Of a stretch of DNA of 64,000 bases, positions 27,785 through 37,496 are shown in pieces. A program made the position numbers and the translations under genes. This stretch comes from an uncultured Bacteroidota bacterium. GTDB lineage: Bacteria > Bacteroidota > Bacteroidia > Bacteroidales > F082. Location: assembly GCA_900542475.1 (NCBI GenBank), contig UQNO01000002.1, positions 64,486 to 128,485 on the forward strand. The letters run 5' to 3'. The notes beneath the pieces were generated by a model, which was not told the DNA's origin, did no database searches, and saw only the letters and a program-made list of their open reading frames with translations. Positions within the stretch are counted from its first letter, which is position 1, and each line of letters begins with the position of its first letter.

Positions 27785-29062
27785 ATGAGCGACATCGAAA
27801 TCTGTGTCATAGGCTTGGGTTATGTAGGATTGCCTTTGGCGAGGCTGTTCTCGACAAAATATAAAACGATTGGTTTCGACATGGACCAGTCGCGTGTCGA
27901 TGCCTTGATGGAGGGGCATGACTCGACACTTGAGGTTGAGGACGTCCTGCTTCAGCAGGCGATAAAGAACCACGGCTTCCGCTGCACGACAAATCTCGAC
28001 GATATCAAGCAGTGCAACCTCTATATAGTCGCTGTCCCCACGCCCGTCGATGACAACAACCGTCCCGACCTTAAGCCGTTGAGGAACGCTTCCGAGACAG
28101 TTGGCAAAGTCATCTCGAAGGGCGATGTGGTCGTTTACGAAAGCACGGTATATCCGGGAGTCACCGAAGAAGAGTGCATTCCCGTGGTGGAGCGTGTCTC
28201 GGGTCTGAAGTTCAACATGGATTTCTTCGCGGGATATAGTCCGGAGCGCATCAATCCAGGCGACAAGACGCATACGGTGGAGAAAATCAAGAAGGTCACG
28301 TCCGGCTCGACACCGGAGATTGCCGAATTGGTTGACAACATATACAGCAGCGTGATAGTCGGCGGCACGCACAAGGCCCCGAGCATCAAGGTGGCGGAGG
28401 CGAGCAAGATTATCGAGAACACGCAGCGCGATGTGAACATCGCCTTCATGAACGAGCTGGCGAAGATTTTCAACGCGATGGACATCGACACTCACGATGT
28501 CATAGAAGCCGCCTCGTCGAAGTGGAACTTCATCAAATTGAGCCCCGGTCTCGTCGGTGGCCATTGCATCTCTGTCGATCCGTATTATCTAATCCAGAAA
28601 GCGCAGGTTTACGGAGTGTTTCCACGTGTGATGAGCAACGCACGCCGCCTTAACGACGGCATGGGGGCTTACGTGGCAAATCAGACCGTCAAATGCATGA
28701 ACAAGAAAGGCGTGATGGTGAAAGACGCCCAGGTGCTGATTTTAGGTGTCACCTTCAAGGAAAATTGCCCGGATATCCGCAATACGAAAGTCGTTGACAT
28801 CTATCACACTTTAAGAGAATACACAAACAACATCACTGTTTTCGACCCATGGGCCGATGCCGAGAAGGTCGAGAAAGAGTATGGAATAAAGACAAACCCC
28901 CATCTCCCGGCTTCAAACACCCGACTCTACGATGCAGTCATATTAGCCGTGGCACACAGAGAGTTCGCGGAGCTCGACATTCGCTCGTTGGTGAAGCCCG
29001 GCGGTGTGATTTACGATGTAAAAGGCTTCTTGCCGAGAGAAATTGTTGACGGAAGACTGTAG
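27785..29062 (+). CDS. UDP-N-acetyl-hexosamine 6-dehydrogenase (WbpO/TviB/Cap5O-like)
   Basis: GLGYVGLP and GGHCISVDPYY motifs. It is the second dehydrogenase paralog of this family. Confidence 0.85.
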   Translation: MSDIEICVIGLGYVGLPLARLFSTKYKTIGFDMDQSRVDALMEGHDSTLEVEDVLLQQAIKNHGFRCTTNLDDIKQCNLYIVAVPTPVDDNNRPDLKPLRNASETVGKVISKGDVVVYESTVYPGVTEEECIPVVERVSGLKFNMDFFAGYSPERINPGDKTHTVEKIKKVTSGSTPEIAELVDNIYSSVIVGGTHKAPSIKVAEASKIIENTQRDVNIAFMNELAKIFNAMDIDTHDVIEAASSKWNFIKLSPGLVGGHCISVDPYYLIQKAQVYGVFPRVMSNARRLNDGMGAYVANQTVKCMNKKGVMVKDAQVLILGVTFKENCPDIRNTKVVDIYHTLREYTNNITVFDPWADAEKVEKEYGIKTNPHLPASNTRLYDAVILAVAHREFAELDIRSLVKPGGVIYDVKGFLPREIVDGRL

Positions 29063-29126
29063 TCTGACCCATCATGGAATTTGTTGACAAACCATTGTTT
29101 TTTTTTATTGAAGATAATTAAAGAAA

Positions 29127-31331
29127 TTGATGAAGATTCAATATAACACAGAGAGCAAGGTAGAGGAGTATTTCAAAGGATTCGATTCGTTGTTCGCTGA
29201 AAACGAGCGTTGTTGCCGCACCACGACTTTGGTGACCGACAACTACATCGTTCTCGGGCAGCTCACGGCCTTGCGTTTCATCGAGTGGGTGTCGCTCAAC
29301 CCCGGAGGGGTGGTGGCATTGCCTACCGGCAAGACCCCCGAGTTCTTCATCAAGTGGCTGGAGTATTATCGCGACAACTGGGAACGCGAGAGCCAGACCG
29401 GGCTGATAGGCAAGTTAGGCATTCAGAAACCCGACTTCAGCTCTCTGCATTTCTTTCAGTTAGACGAGTTTTTCCCCATCAATCCGGAACACGAGCGCTC
29501 GTTCCGCTACTTTGTGAAGAAATATTACATTGACGTCTTGGGTTTCGACCAGCAGAAGACACACCTTATAAACACCTGGTATCTCAACGAGTGGGAGCAG
29601 CAGTTGTTAGACGGCGCTAAAAACATGGGTGAGATATTCACTGACGGGAAGGTGGATTTGTCGTTGCGCACTCGCATGGCGCTGAACAAACAAGAGGAGT
29701 TGAAGCAATGTGCCATTCGTATGTTCGACGAGTGGTGCATGCGTTATGAAAGCAAGATACGCTCTTTGGGCGGCATAGGGTTTTTCCTGGGCGGCATTGG
29801 TCCTGACGGACACATAGCGTTCAATGTGCGTGGCAGCAGCCCGTTCTCGCATACGCGCCTGACCACCCTCAACTATGAGAGCCAGGCAGCCGCGGCGGGC
29901 GACTTGGGTGGTATCACCGCAGTGAGGAAAAAGGCTGTAGTGACTATGGGTTTGGAAACCATCACTTTCAATCCTGATTGCGTGGCGGTCATCATTGCCG
30001 CCGGTCAGTCGAAGGCCAAAGTGGTGGCAGGCTCGGTAAACAGTTTGCCCACACAACACTATCCGGCGACCTGTTTGCAAAGTTTGCCCAATGCGCGGTT
30101 CTTCATCACGCGTGCCTCGGCGGTGGAGCTGCCTTCGGTGAAGAACAGCCTGCACACCTTGTCTGTCGATGCGGTGAAAGGCAAAATAGACAAGGGCCTG
30201 CGGATGCCGCAAGATGCTGTTATCCTGCACACCTCGCCCCATCACGACGATGTCGAGTTGGCGTATTTCCCGTATCTGCACCATTTAGTTCGTTCAAAGA
30301 GCATTCAAAACCATTTCGCCTATTGTACCAATGGCTACACCTCGGTCACGAGTGAGTACCTGTTGAGTGTATATCGCAATTTGCTTCGCCGCATCGAGCC
30401 GAGCGAAGCCGCTCTCCGGCAGGAAAGCCTGGCATCTGTGTTTACGACAACATATCAAGAAGACCTGACGCATTATTTACGCGGCATCGCCAGCCTCAAA
30501 GAATCCATACAGCACTATGCTGTGGCCCGTCGTATGGCTCGCAAATGGATGTCAGAGAGAGACTTCGAGTCGTTGCAAGAGCTGAGGGCGTTTGTCGAGG
30601 GCGAGGTTCAATGTTTGGAGACCCTTGAACTGGGTCGTCGCGAGCCGGAGACATTCCATACAGCCAAAGGCTGGCTGCGCGAGATGGAAGCCGAGTTGGT
30701 GTGGGCGCATTTCGGCATCGGCAGCGACCGCGTGAGTCATCTGCGCCTGCCGTTTTATAGCGACGATATATTTCCCCACTATCCCGACATGGATAATGAT
30801 GTGAAGCCCATCGTAAATCTTTTGGAGCGGGTGAAACCCACCATAGTTTCCCTGGCTCTCGACCCGGAGGGCAGCGGTCCCGACACGCATTTCAAGACCC
30901 TTATCGCCATCGGCGCCGCATTAGAGCAATATCACGCCGCACACCCTGATATTGACCTTCACGTGTGGGGCTATCGTAATGTCTGGTCGCGTTGGCTGAT
31001 GAGCGAGGTAAACACCATGATACCGGTGTCGCTAAACAGTTTTGCCGTTATTCGCAATATGTTCGACACCTGCTACCTCAGTCAGCGCGGAGCCGAGTTC
31101 CCAAGTTATGAGCACGACGGCCCGTTTAGCGAGTTGGCACAAAAGGTTTGGGTGGAGCAGTTCGACGATGTGTGCAACCTGTTGGGCGAAGGCTATTTCT
31201 ATCGAGGCAACGACCCGATGCTCAAACGAGCGTACGGAATGATATATCTTAAGGATATGAAGTATGATGAGTTTGTGAAATATATGAAACCGGTGCAAAA
31301 GCTGTTGGACACAAAGGCGGCAATGCGTTAA
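29127..31331 (+). CDS. Glucosamine-6-phosphate deaminase-like (NagB fold) fused to a PIG-L/LmbE-like deacetylase domain
   Basis: N-terminal ALPTGKTP and GIGPDGHIAFN NagB motifs. C-terminal SPHHDDVEL resembles the PIG-L AHPDDE zinc motif. Confidence 0.65.
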   Translation: MMKIQYNTESKVEEYFKGFDSLFAENERCCRTTTLVTDNYIVLGQLTALRFIEWVSLNPGGVVALPTGKTPEFFIKWLEYYRDNWERESQTGLIGKLGIQKPDFSSLHFFQLDEFFPINPEHERSFRYFVKKYYIDVLGFDQQKTHLINTWYLNEWEQQLLDGAKNMGEIFTDGKVDLSLRTRMALNKQEELKQCAIRMFDEWCMRYESKIRSLGGIGFFLGGIGPDGHIAFNVRGSSPFSHTRLTTLNYESQAAAAGDLGGITAVRKKAVVTMGLETITFNPDCVAVIIAAGQSKAKVVAGSVNSLPTQHYPATCLQSLPNARFFITRASAVELPSVKNSLHTLSVDAVKGKIDKGLRMPQDAVILHTSPHHDDVELAYFPYLHHLVRSKSIQNHFAYCTNGYTSVTSEYLLSVYRNLLRRIEPSEAALRQESLASVFTTTYQEDLTHYLRGIASLKESIQHYAVARRMARKWMSERDFESLQELRAFVEGEVQCLETLELGRREPETFHTAKGWLREMEAELVWAHFGIGSDRVSHLRLPFYSDDIFPHYPDMDNDVKPIVNLLERVKPTIVSLALDPEGSGPDTHFKTLIAIGAALEQYHAAHPDIDLHVWGYRNVWSRWLMSEVNTMIPVSLNSFAVIRNMFDTCYLSQRGAEFPSYEHDGPFSELAQKVWVEQFDDVCNLLGEGYFYRGNDPMLKRAYGMIYLKDMKYDEFVKYMKPVQKLLDTKAAMR

Positions 31332-31367
31332 TTATATCAAGGTATAACATTATAAAAACAAATAATT

Positions 31368-32279
31368 ATGAAAGGTATCGTACTCGCCGGTGGTTCCGGC
31401 ACAAGATTATATCCGATTACCAAGGGGGTGAGCAAGCAGTTGCTTCCGATTTACGACAAGCCGATGGTGTATTATCCTATCAGCGTCTTGATGTTGGCGG
31501 GCATCAGGGATATTTTGATTATCTCCACACCTCAGGATTTGCCGGGGTTCAGGCGTCTTCTCGGAGACGGCAGCGACTATGGAGTTCATTTCGAGTATGC
31601 CGAGCAGCCCTCGCCTGACGGATTGGCGCAGGCTTTTATAATAGGAGAGAATTTTATAGGCGACGACAGCGTATGCCTGGTGTTAGGCGACAATATCTTC
31701 CACGGAAGCGGCTTGACAAGAATGTTGAGAAACGCAGTCCGTGATGCCGAGGAGAATAAAAAAGCCACGGTTTTCGGCTATTGGGTGTCCGACCCTGAAA
31801 GATACGGTGTGGCTGAGTTCGACAAACAAGGCAACTGCTTGAGTATAGAAGAGAAGCCAAAGAATCCGAAGAGCAACTACGCCGTGGTGGGATTGTATTT
31901 TTATCCTAACAAAGTGGTTGAAGTCGCAAAGAATATAAAGCCGTCCGCAAGAGGCGAGCTTGAGATTACCACGGTAAACCAGGAGTTCTTGAAAGACGGA
32001 GAGCTGAAGGTGCAGGTCTTCGGCCGCGGTTTCGCCTGGCTTGACACCGGCACGCACGACAGTCTCTCGGAGGCATCGACATTTGTCGAGGTTATAGAGA
32101 AGCGCCAGGGCTTGAAGATAGCATGTCTGGAAGGCATCGCCTACCGCAACGGCTGGATTACAGAAGAAAAAATGCGCGAGTTGGCGCAGCCGATGCTGAA
32201 GAACCAGTACGGACAATACCTGTTGAAAGTAATCGACGAGATGAAGGAGGAAGTCAACTCGGAGACGTTTACGAAATAA
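31368..32279 (+). CDS. rfbA: Glucose-1-phosphate thymidylyltransferase RmlA
   Basis: [16 protein letters not shown]...and full-length RmlA similarity. Confidence 0.95.
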   Translation: MKGIVLAGGSGTRLYPITKGVSKQLLPIYDKPMVYYPISVLMLAGIRDILIISTPQDLPGFRRLLGDGSDYGVHFEYAEQPSPDGLAQAFIIGENFIGDDSVCLVLGDNIFHGSGLTRMLRNAVRDAEENKKATVFGYWVSDPERYGVAEFDKQGNCLSIEEKPKNPKSNYAVVGLYFYPNKVVEVAKNIKPSARGELEITTVNQEFLKDGELKVQVFGRGFAWLDTGTHDSLSEASTFVEVIEKRQGLKIACLEGIAYRNGWITEEKMRELAQPMLKNQYGQYLLKVIDEMKEEVNSETFTK

Positions 32280-32500
32280 TCCATGTAGAGCAGGTTGAAA
32301 GCAATCATAGGAGTTTATGGGGAATCGGAAACTTTAAATAAAGACTTTGAAAAAAGCGGGGAAAGACAGTGCGATAGATAATATGGAGACAAGAAACCTC
32401 GGGGAAAAGACAGACTTGTGTAAACTTGAGCAGTTCATGTTCGGGAAATCACAAGAAAAGGATGGAGTTTTATAAGACATTGTATCAAAACTTAAATTAA

Positions 32501-32583
32501 GAGAATTTCTTAATAAAGATTTTGGACAAAAATTTAAACAAGGGGATTTCTTAATAAAGATTTTGGACAAAAACTTAAATAAG
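32501..32583. repeat. Two direct copies of an about 40-bp element (ATTTCTTAATAAAGATTTTGGACAAAAAYTTAAA)
   Basis: Seen directly. The region downstream of rmlA is non-coding. Confidence 0.8.
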
Positions 32584-32607
32584 AAAAATTGAACAGTCAG
32601 ACATCCC

Positions 32608-32763
32608 ATGAAAAATTTTGTATCCGGAACATATAACAACCAAGGCTATTACAATAGTTTTAGTCCGAGTCTTATCAATCATCAATGGGAGATTGATGAT
32701 ATGGAAATCGTGACCCTTTTAAGTAGGGATTGTCGTTTAACTTTAAGAATTCAATATCTATAG
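32608..32763 (+). pseudogene. Fic/DOC-family protein N-terminal remnant (52 codons, truncated)
   Basis: MKNFVSGTYNNQGYYNSFSPSLINHQWEIDDMEIVTLLSRDCRLTLRIQ matches the Fic N-terminal pattern (G.Y..Q..Y..F.P....W.ID..L...LS.A...L..I). There is no downstream continuation. Confidence 0.4.
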
Positions 32764-32896
32764 ACGAGGATATGCCTTCTGAGGCTGCCATCGTATGCTT
32801 TTTTTCGGAGTTTTATCGTAATTTGAGTAGTTTTTTGTCTTGTCAGGGCATAGTTGTCCCTTGTATGGAGGATAATGCTATACGTGGTTATGCAGC

Positions 32897-33217
32897 CTGA
32901 TGGAATTCCGCCTTCGCAATTCTCCTTGCCAGTTGTACTGCATTAGCCGTGTGGATGCCGAAGAAGATGATCAAGATTTCCGTCTTCTTGATCCGGCCGT
33001 TTATCCGCTTGAGTCCGTAATGTTCCTTCTGCGTTCCAAAGGACCCTTCCATTGCCGTGGCTCGTACACGGGCAAGTTCTTTCTTGACCGAGCTGACAGA
33101 GGATGTGGTTTCTCGCTTCTCGCCTTTCTGCGAGAATGAAGTCGCTATGTTTTGTTCACTGCAGAAAGAACGGTTGGCATTGCCAGAATAACTGCAGTCG
33201 CCAGCCAGTTTGGGGAA
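32897..33217 (-). mobile_element. IS1182/IS5-like DDE transposase C-terminal remnant (no intact start)
   Basis: Minus-strand translation ...MEGSFGTQKEHYGLKRINGRIKKTEILIIFFGIHTANAVQLARRIAKAEF* fits the C-terminal E..FG..KE.HGL.R...RG motif of IS1182/IS5 transposases. The open frame is only about 107 codons. Confidence 0.55.
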
Positions 33218-33350
33218 TTTTTTGTTGTCCTATGCAAAGATACAAAAAAATATAACATTGGCAATCAAATCGTTAGGTTTGTTTTGATTAATTTACGACC
33301 TTCCCTAAATAGAGCACTAACAAGAACATAAAAAACTAACTAAAAGAACC

Positions 33351-34262
33351 ATGAAGAATGTAATTGCTGTTATTTGGGATTTTGACAAAACCCTTGTTGA
33401 TGGATATATGCAAAATCCTATATTTGAGGAATACCATGTTGATGCCACTGAATTCTGGAAAGAAGTCAATGCCCTTCCCGAGAAATATATGGAAGAGCAA
33501 GGTGTCAAGGTGAATAGAGACCTCATATATCTGAATCAGTTTATTAATGATGCAAAACCAGGAGGTCGTTTTGCAGGGTTGGACAATAAGAAGTTGTTTA
33601 GTTATGGTGAGAAACTGAAATTCTATCCTGGTGTACCGGAAATTTTTGAAAAGACAAAACATCTTTTGGATGACGATACGCTCTGTGGTGAGTATAATAT
33701 TAAAGTAGAACATTATATTGTAAGTACCGGTTTTGCCCAAGTTATTAAAGGTTCGGCTCTCAAGGATTATGTCTCCGGGATATGGGGATGTGAACTTATT
33801 GAGAATCGTGATGATGTGAACAATCCATATATAAGCGAAATAGCTTATACAATAGACAATACAAGTAAGACAAAGGCAATTTTTGAGATAAACAAAGGTG
33901 CTCATGACGACCATAAGGTTGATGTAAATGTGAAAATGAATTTAGACCAGCGAAGAGTTGACTTCAAGAATATGATTTACATAGCCGATGGACCAAGTGA
34001 TGTCCCTGCTTTTTCTGTCATAAAAGGACGTGGGGGAGCAACTTTTGCAATATATCCTCATGGAAGCAAGTCTGCCTTTAAGCAAGTGGAAAAACTACGT
34101 CAAGACGATCGAATTGATATGTTTGCAGAAGCTGATTATCAAGATGATACAACTGCTAATATGTGGATATGCAATAAAATTCAAGAGTTTGCTGAAAGAA
34201 TTAAAGAGCAAGAAAAGTCAAAATTACAGAACACCAATGAATCACCAAAGCACCTTGTGTAG
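33351..34262 (+). CDS. HAD-superfamily hydrolase/phosphatase
   Basis: Motif I DFDKTLVDG (DxDxT). Lies in an AT-rich segment. Confidence 0.65.
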   Translation: MKNVIAVIWDFDKTLVDGYMQNPIFEEYHVDATEFWKEVNALPEKYMEEQGVKVNRDLIYLNQFINDAKPGGRFAGLDNKKLFSYGEKLKFYPGVPEIFEKTKHLLDDDTLCGEYNIKVEHYIVSTGFAQVIKGSALKDYVSGIWGCELIENRDDVNNPYISEIAYTIDNTSKTKAIFEINKGAHDDHKVDVNVKMNLDQRRVDFKNMIYIADGPSDVPAFSVIKGRGGATFAIYPHGSKSAFKQVEKLRQDDRIDMFAEADYQDDTTANMWICNKIQEFAERIKEQEKSKLQNTNESPKHLV

Positions 34263-34305
34263 CTAAATAATTAATTTGAGTACTTGAAGACAAAAAGACA
34301 TAAGA

Positions 34306-34623
34306 ATGTATAAAACAATTGAAATAAAAGACATTATAGGATCTTTCTGTGATATAATGTCTTACCAATTAAGTATCGATATGAATGACGTGAGAGAAGT
34401 AATGAAGATAGTAAATGAAAAAGATGACTTTATTACAACAGTATTCACTCATAAGGCAATATGTCGCGTAAACGAACTTTTAGAAATAGACGTTGATGAC
34501 AACAGTAATTTGATATCCCCTGATGAGACTATTCGTAATGAGTTTATCAGAGAGTATTACCGTGTAGATTCCTCAACCCGTACCATTGTATCAGAAGTTA
34601 TAAGAGAATATATAAAGCAATGA
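34306..34623 (+). CDS. Hypothetical protein (105 aa)
   Basis: ORF between the HAD and HD genes, 4-nt overlap with the downstream gene. Confidence 0.4.
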   Translation: MYKTIEIKDIIGSFCDIMSYQLSIDMNDVREVMKIVNEKDDFITTVFTHKAICRVNELLEIDVDDNSNLISPDETIRNEFIREYYRVDSSTRTIVSEVIREYIKQ

Positions 34624-36050
34624 AAGGTTATAAAATCTTCCTTGATACTGTACATGGATATATTTCTGTACCCAATGGGTATTGTGACAAGTTTGTAGAT
34701 ACAGCCAATTTCCAACGTTTGCGTAGAATTGAGCAGTTATCTTCCCGTTCGTTATATCCATGTGCTCGTCATGACCGTTTCGTTCATTCCATTGGTGTGT
34801 TTCATATTGGAGAAAGGCTTTTGGATACAATCAAGTCTGACGGTGTAGAATTGGATGAAAGTCTGAAGCAGTCATTTCTTATAGCATGTCTGCTTCACGA
34901 TGTTGGTCACTCTCCGTTTTCTCATACCTTGGAGAGTTGTTTTGGTAGCACGTCCGATTTGTTTGACGTGTATAAGTCAGATCTTGTAGCAGGTGGGATA
35001 AAAGACCAACCACTCCAAAAACTTGATGTAACTCAAACGGATGTAAAACAACATGAAATTATGTCTGCTCTTCTATGTGTCACTACATATAAGGATGCTA
35101 TACAGTCATTAAAAGGCGATCCTGCATTGATTGGAAGAATGATAATGGGTTTTCAATATATTGATGATTCAAAATCATTAGAAAACTGTTTTATCTCCCT
35201 ATTACATGGAGATGTTATTGATGCCGATAAACTTGACTATATATGTAGGGACAAATGGTCTTCTGGTTATCAGAACAATTCAGTTGATGTTGAGAGGATT
35301 ATTAAGTCTGTAAAATTGTACAGGGATCAAGATGGGAAATATAGAATTGTTTATTTGAAAAATGCTTTGTATGACATACAGAGTATGATTGACAACAAGA
35401 ATTTCCAAAGTAATTGGGTATTTAAACATCATCAGGTTGTATATGAGCAGAAAATTTTCAAGGATGCTGTTCAAGAATTAGTGAAGAGTTTAGGCAAAGA
35501 AGTCAAGAAAGAGCAGTTGTTTAATTATCGCTCTTTCTTTGAAAAAGTTCAAGTTTGTGATGGCGTTTCTGTTTATATGTTATCAGATGATGATATAATC
35601 CATCTGATGAAGAGTCACTATGAGACTATACCTCATTTTAATGAATGGTTTTCACGCTCGTATGAATATGTTCCATTATGGAAAACATATTCAGAGCTTA
35701 TTGCCATGTTGGGCGATGATTTGAGTGACTTTTTATTGAAAGATGTTGGAGAGGTGTATGACAAGATTGAGGACTTTTTGCGCAATGAGTATAATGTGAA
35801 AGTGTTTACACTTGAAAGTACGCCATCAATGAAAAGTGTAAAACAAGGTCAAGTTTATTTAATGTATGGAGATGATTTGATTGTTGATTATACTGAATTA
35901 GGTATGCCCAAAGCAGATACTACATATAATAATAAAACATTCAAGTATGTTTTCATTGAAAGAACCTTGTTTGAAAAAGAAGGAATCAATCGAGAAAACA
36001 TTGTTCTAAAGATTGTGAATTTTTTGAGGGAAATCAAACATTCTCATTAG
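34620..36050 (+). CDS. HD-domain dNTP triphosphohydrolase-like protein (dGTPase/SAMHD1 family signature)
   Basis: HxxHD(V)GHSPFSH plus downstream DADKLDY motif. Confidence 0.7.
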   Translation: MKGYKIFLDTVHGYISVPNGYCDKFVDTANFQRLRRIEQLSSRSLYPCARHDRFVHSIGVFHIGERLLDTIKSDGVELDESLKQSFLIACLLHDVGHSPFSHTLESCFGSTSDLFDVYKSDLVAGGIKDQPLQKLDVTQTDVKQHEIMSALLCVTTYKDAIQSLKGDPALIGRMIMGFQYIDDSKSLENCFISLLHGDVIDADKLDYICRDKWSSGYQNNSVDVERIIKSVKLYRDQDGKYRIVYLKNALYDIQSMIDNKNFQSNWVFKHHQVVYEQKIFKDAVQELVKSLGKEVKKEQLFNYRSFFEKVQVCDGVSVYMLSDDDIIHLMKSHYETIPHFNEWFSRSYEYVPLWKTYSELIAMLGDDLSDFLLKDVGEVYDKIEDFLRNEYNVKVFTLESTPSMKSVKQGQVYLMYGDDLIVDYTELGMPKADTTYNNKTFKYVFIERTLFEKEGINRENIVLKIVNFLREIKHSH

Positions 36051-36163
36051 AAATACAATATATAGGCACTTGCAAAAGTGCCTATACAAAGGGCTATGCC
36101 CTAAATTGAGTACTAACAATAGTTTCCTCAACAGAAATATAATAACGACATAAACATATAACG

Positions 36164-37372
36164 ATGTTTAATCTCAATAAATTCATTGGTCGGTATGTGA
36201 CCAAGCGTGAAACAAGTATGTTTGCTCAAGATATCGAGTCAAACAAGGAGAAGCTTTCAGCCGAAATTAAAGATAAGAAAGTGTGTGTAATTGGTGGAGC
36301 CGGCTCTATCGGTTCTTCATTCATCAAGGCTGTACTGCGCTTTGAGCCAAAGAGTGTCGTAGTTGTTGACTTGAATGAGAACGGATTGGCAGAGTTGGTT
36401 CGTGATGTGCGCAGTACAGAAGGACTTTATGTGCCTGATGAGTTCTGTTGCTATACTCTCAACTTTGCAGATCCAATTTTCGAACGTATTTTCCGTGAGG
36501 AGAAAGGCTTTGACATTGTAGCAAACTTCTCTGCACACAAACATGTGCGTTCAGAAAAAGATAAATACAGTGTACAAGCACTTATTGAGAACAATGACCT
36601 CAATGCCAAAAAGTTAATGGATTTACTTTGCGTATATCCTCCCAAACATTTCTTCTGTGTTTCTACAGATAAGGCTGCTAACCCAGTTAATATTATGGGA
36701 GCCAGCAAGCGAATCATGGAAGATTTGGTAATGGCTTATAATGAGCATTTCAAGGTAACCACTGCTCGATTTGCTAATGTAGCTTTCTCTAATGGTTCTT
36801 TACCAGATGGCTGGATTCATCGCTTGCAGAAGAAGCAGCCATTGGCAGCACCATCTGATGTGAAGCGCTATTTTGTATCTCTTGAGGAGTCTGGTCAGAT
36901 TTGTATGTTGGCTTGTATCCTTGGTAATGGTGGTGAAGTGTTCTTCCCTAAGTTGGGTGAAGAACAGATGCTTACTTTCTCATCTATCTGCGATGACTTT
37001 ATAAAGGCTGAGGGATTTAAGAAAGTGGAGTGTCAGAATGACCCAGAGGCAAAGAAGTATGCAGCCGAAATGGATTATGAAAGTGACAACTATCCTGTAG
37101 TTTATTTCAAGAGTGATACCACAGGAGAAAAGGCTTACGAGGAATTCTACGTTCCTGGTGAGAAGATAAATATGACTCGATTCTCTGCACTTGGTGTAGT
37201 AGAGGAGACACCCCGTCATCCGATGTTAGAGATTAATCAGTTCTTCGATGAGTTGGAGGGTATCTTTGCCGAAGAAAACTTTACTAAAGCAGAAGTGGTA
37301 GAAGCAATAAAGCGCTTCATCCCGAACTTCGAGCATGAAGAAAAAGGTAAGAACCTGGATTCCAAGATGTAG
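36164..37372 (+). CDS. Nucleotide-sugar 4,6-dehydratase of the CapD/PseB/LegB type (SDR, polysaccharide biosynthesis protein)
   Basis: KKVCVIGGAGSIGS Rossmann motif and a CapD-like C-terminal region. Confidence 0.75.
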   Translation: MFNLNKFIGRYVTKRETSMFAQDIESNKEKLSAEIKDKKVCVIGGAGSIGSSFIKAVLRFEPKSVVVVDLNENGLAELVRDVRSTEGLYVPDEFCCYTLNFADPIFERIFREEKGFDIVANFSAHKHVRSEKDKYSVQALIENNDLNAKKLMDLLCVYPPKHFFCVSTDKAANPVNIMGASKRIMEDLVMAYNEHFKVTTARFANVAFSNGSLPDGWIHRLQKKQPLAAPSDVKRYFVSLEESGQICMLACILGNGGEVFFPKLGEEQMLTFSSICDDFIKAEGFKKVECQNDPEAKKYAAEMDYESDNYPVVYFKSDTTGEKAYEEFYVPGEKINMTRFSALGVVEETPRHPMLEINQFFDELEGIFAEENFTKAEVVEAIKRFIPNFEHEEKGKNLDSKM

Positions 37373-37496
37373 TTATTGAGAGACAAAAAGTCGAAGAGAG
37401 GAAAAAAGACAGATAGACTAAATGTTGAAAAGGTTAAAAGTTGAAGAGATAAAGAGAGTAAAAGTCAAAGGGGTAGAAGTTAAGGAGGCATAGAGA

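Noticed and set aside
26969-28564. 531-aa ORF on the minus strand
   Set aside because: It lies entirely antisense to the two well-supported nucleotide-sugar dehydrogenase genes (26489-27784, 27785-29062) and has no recognisable motifs. Long antisense ORFs are expected in coding DNA of this GC content.
29607-30890. Minus and plus shadow ORFs (29607-30284, 29978-30355, 30552-30890) inside the NagB/PIG-L fusion gene
   Set aside because: They overlap a 734-aa ORF with clear motifs. They are Arg/His-rich and have no starts in a sensible context.
32900-33139. 79-aa plus-strand ORF
   Set aside because: It is antisense to the transposase C-terminal remnant. The transposase frame has the recognisable EGSFG..KEHYGLKR motif, and this frame has none.
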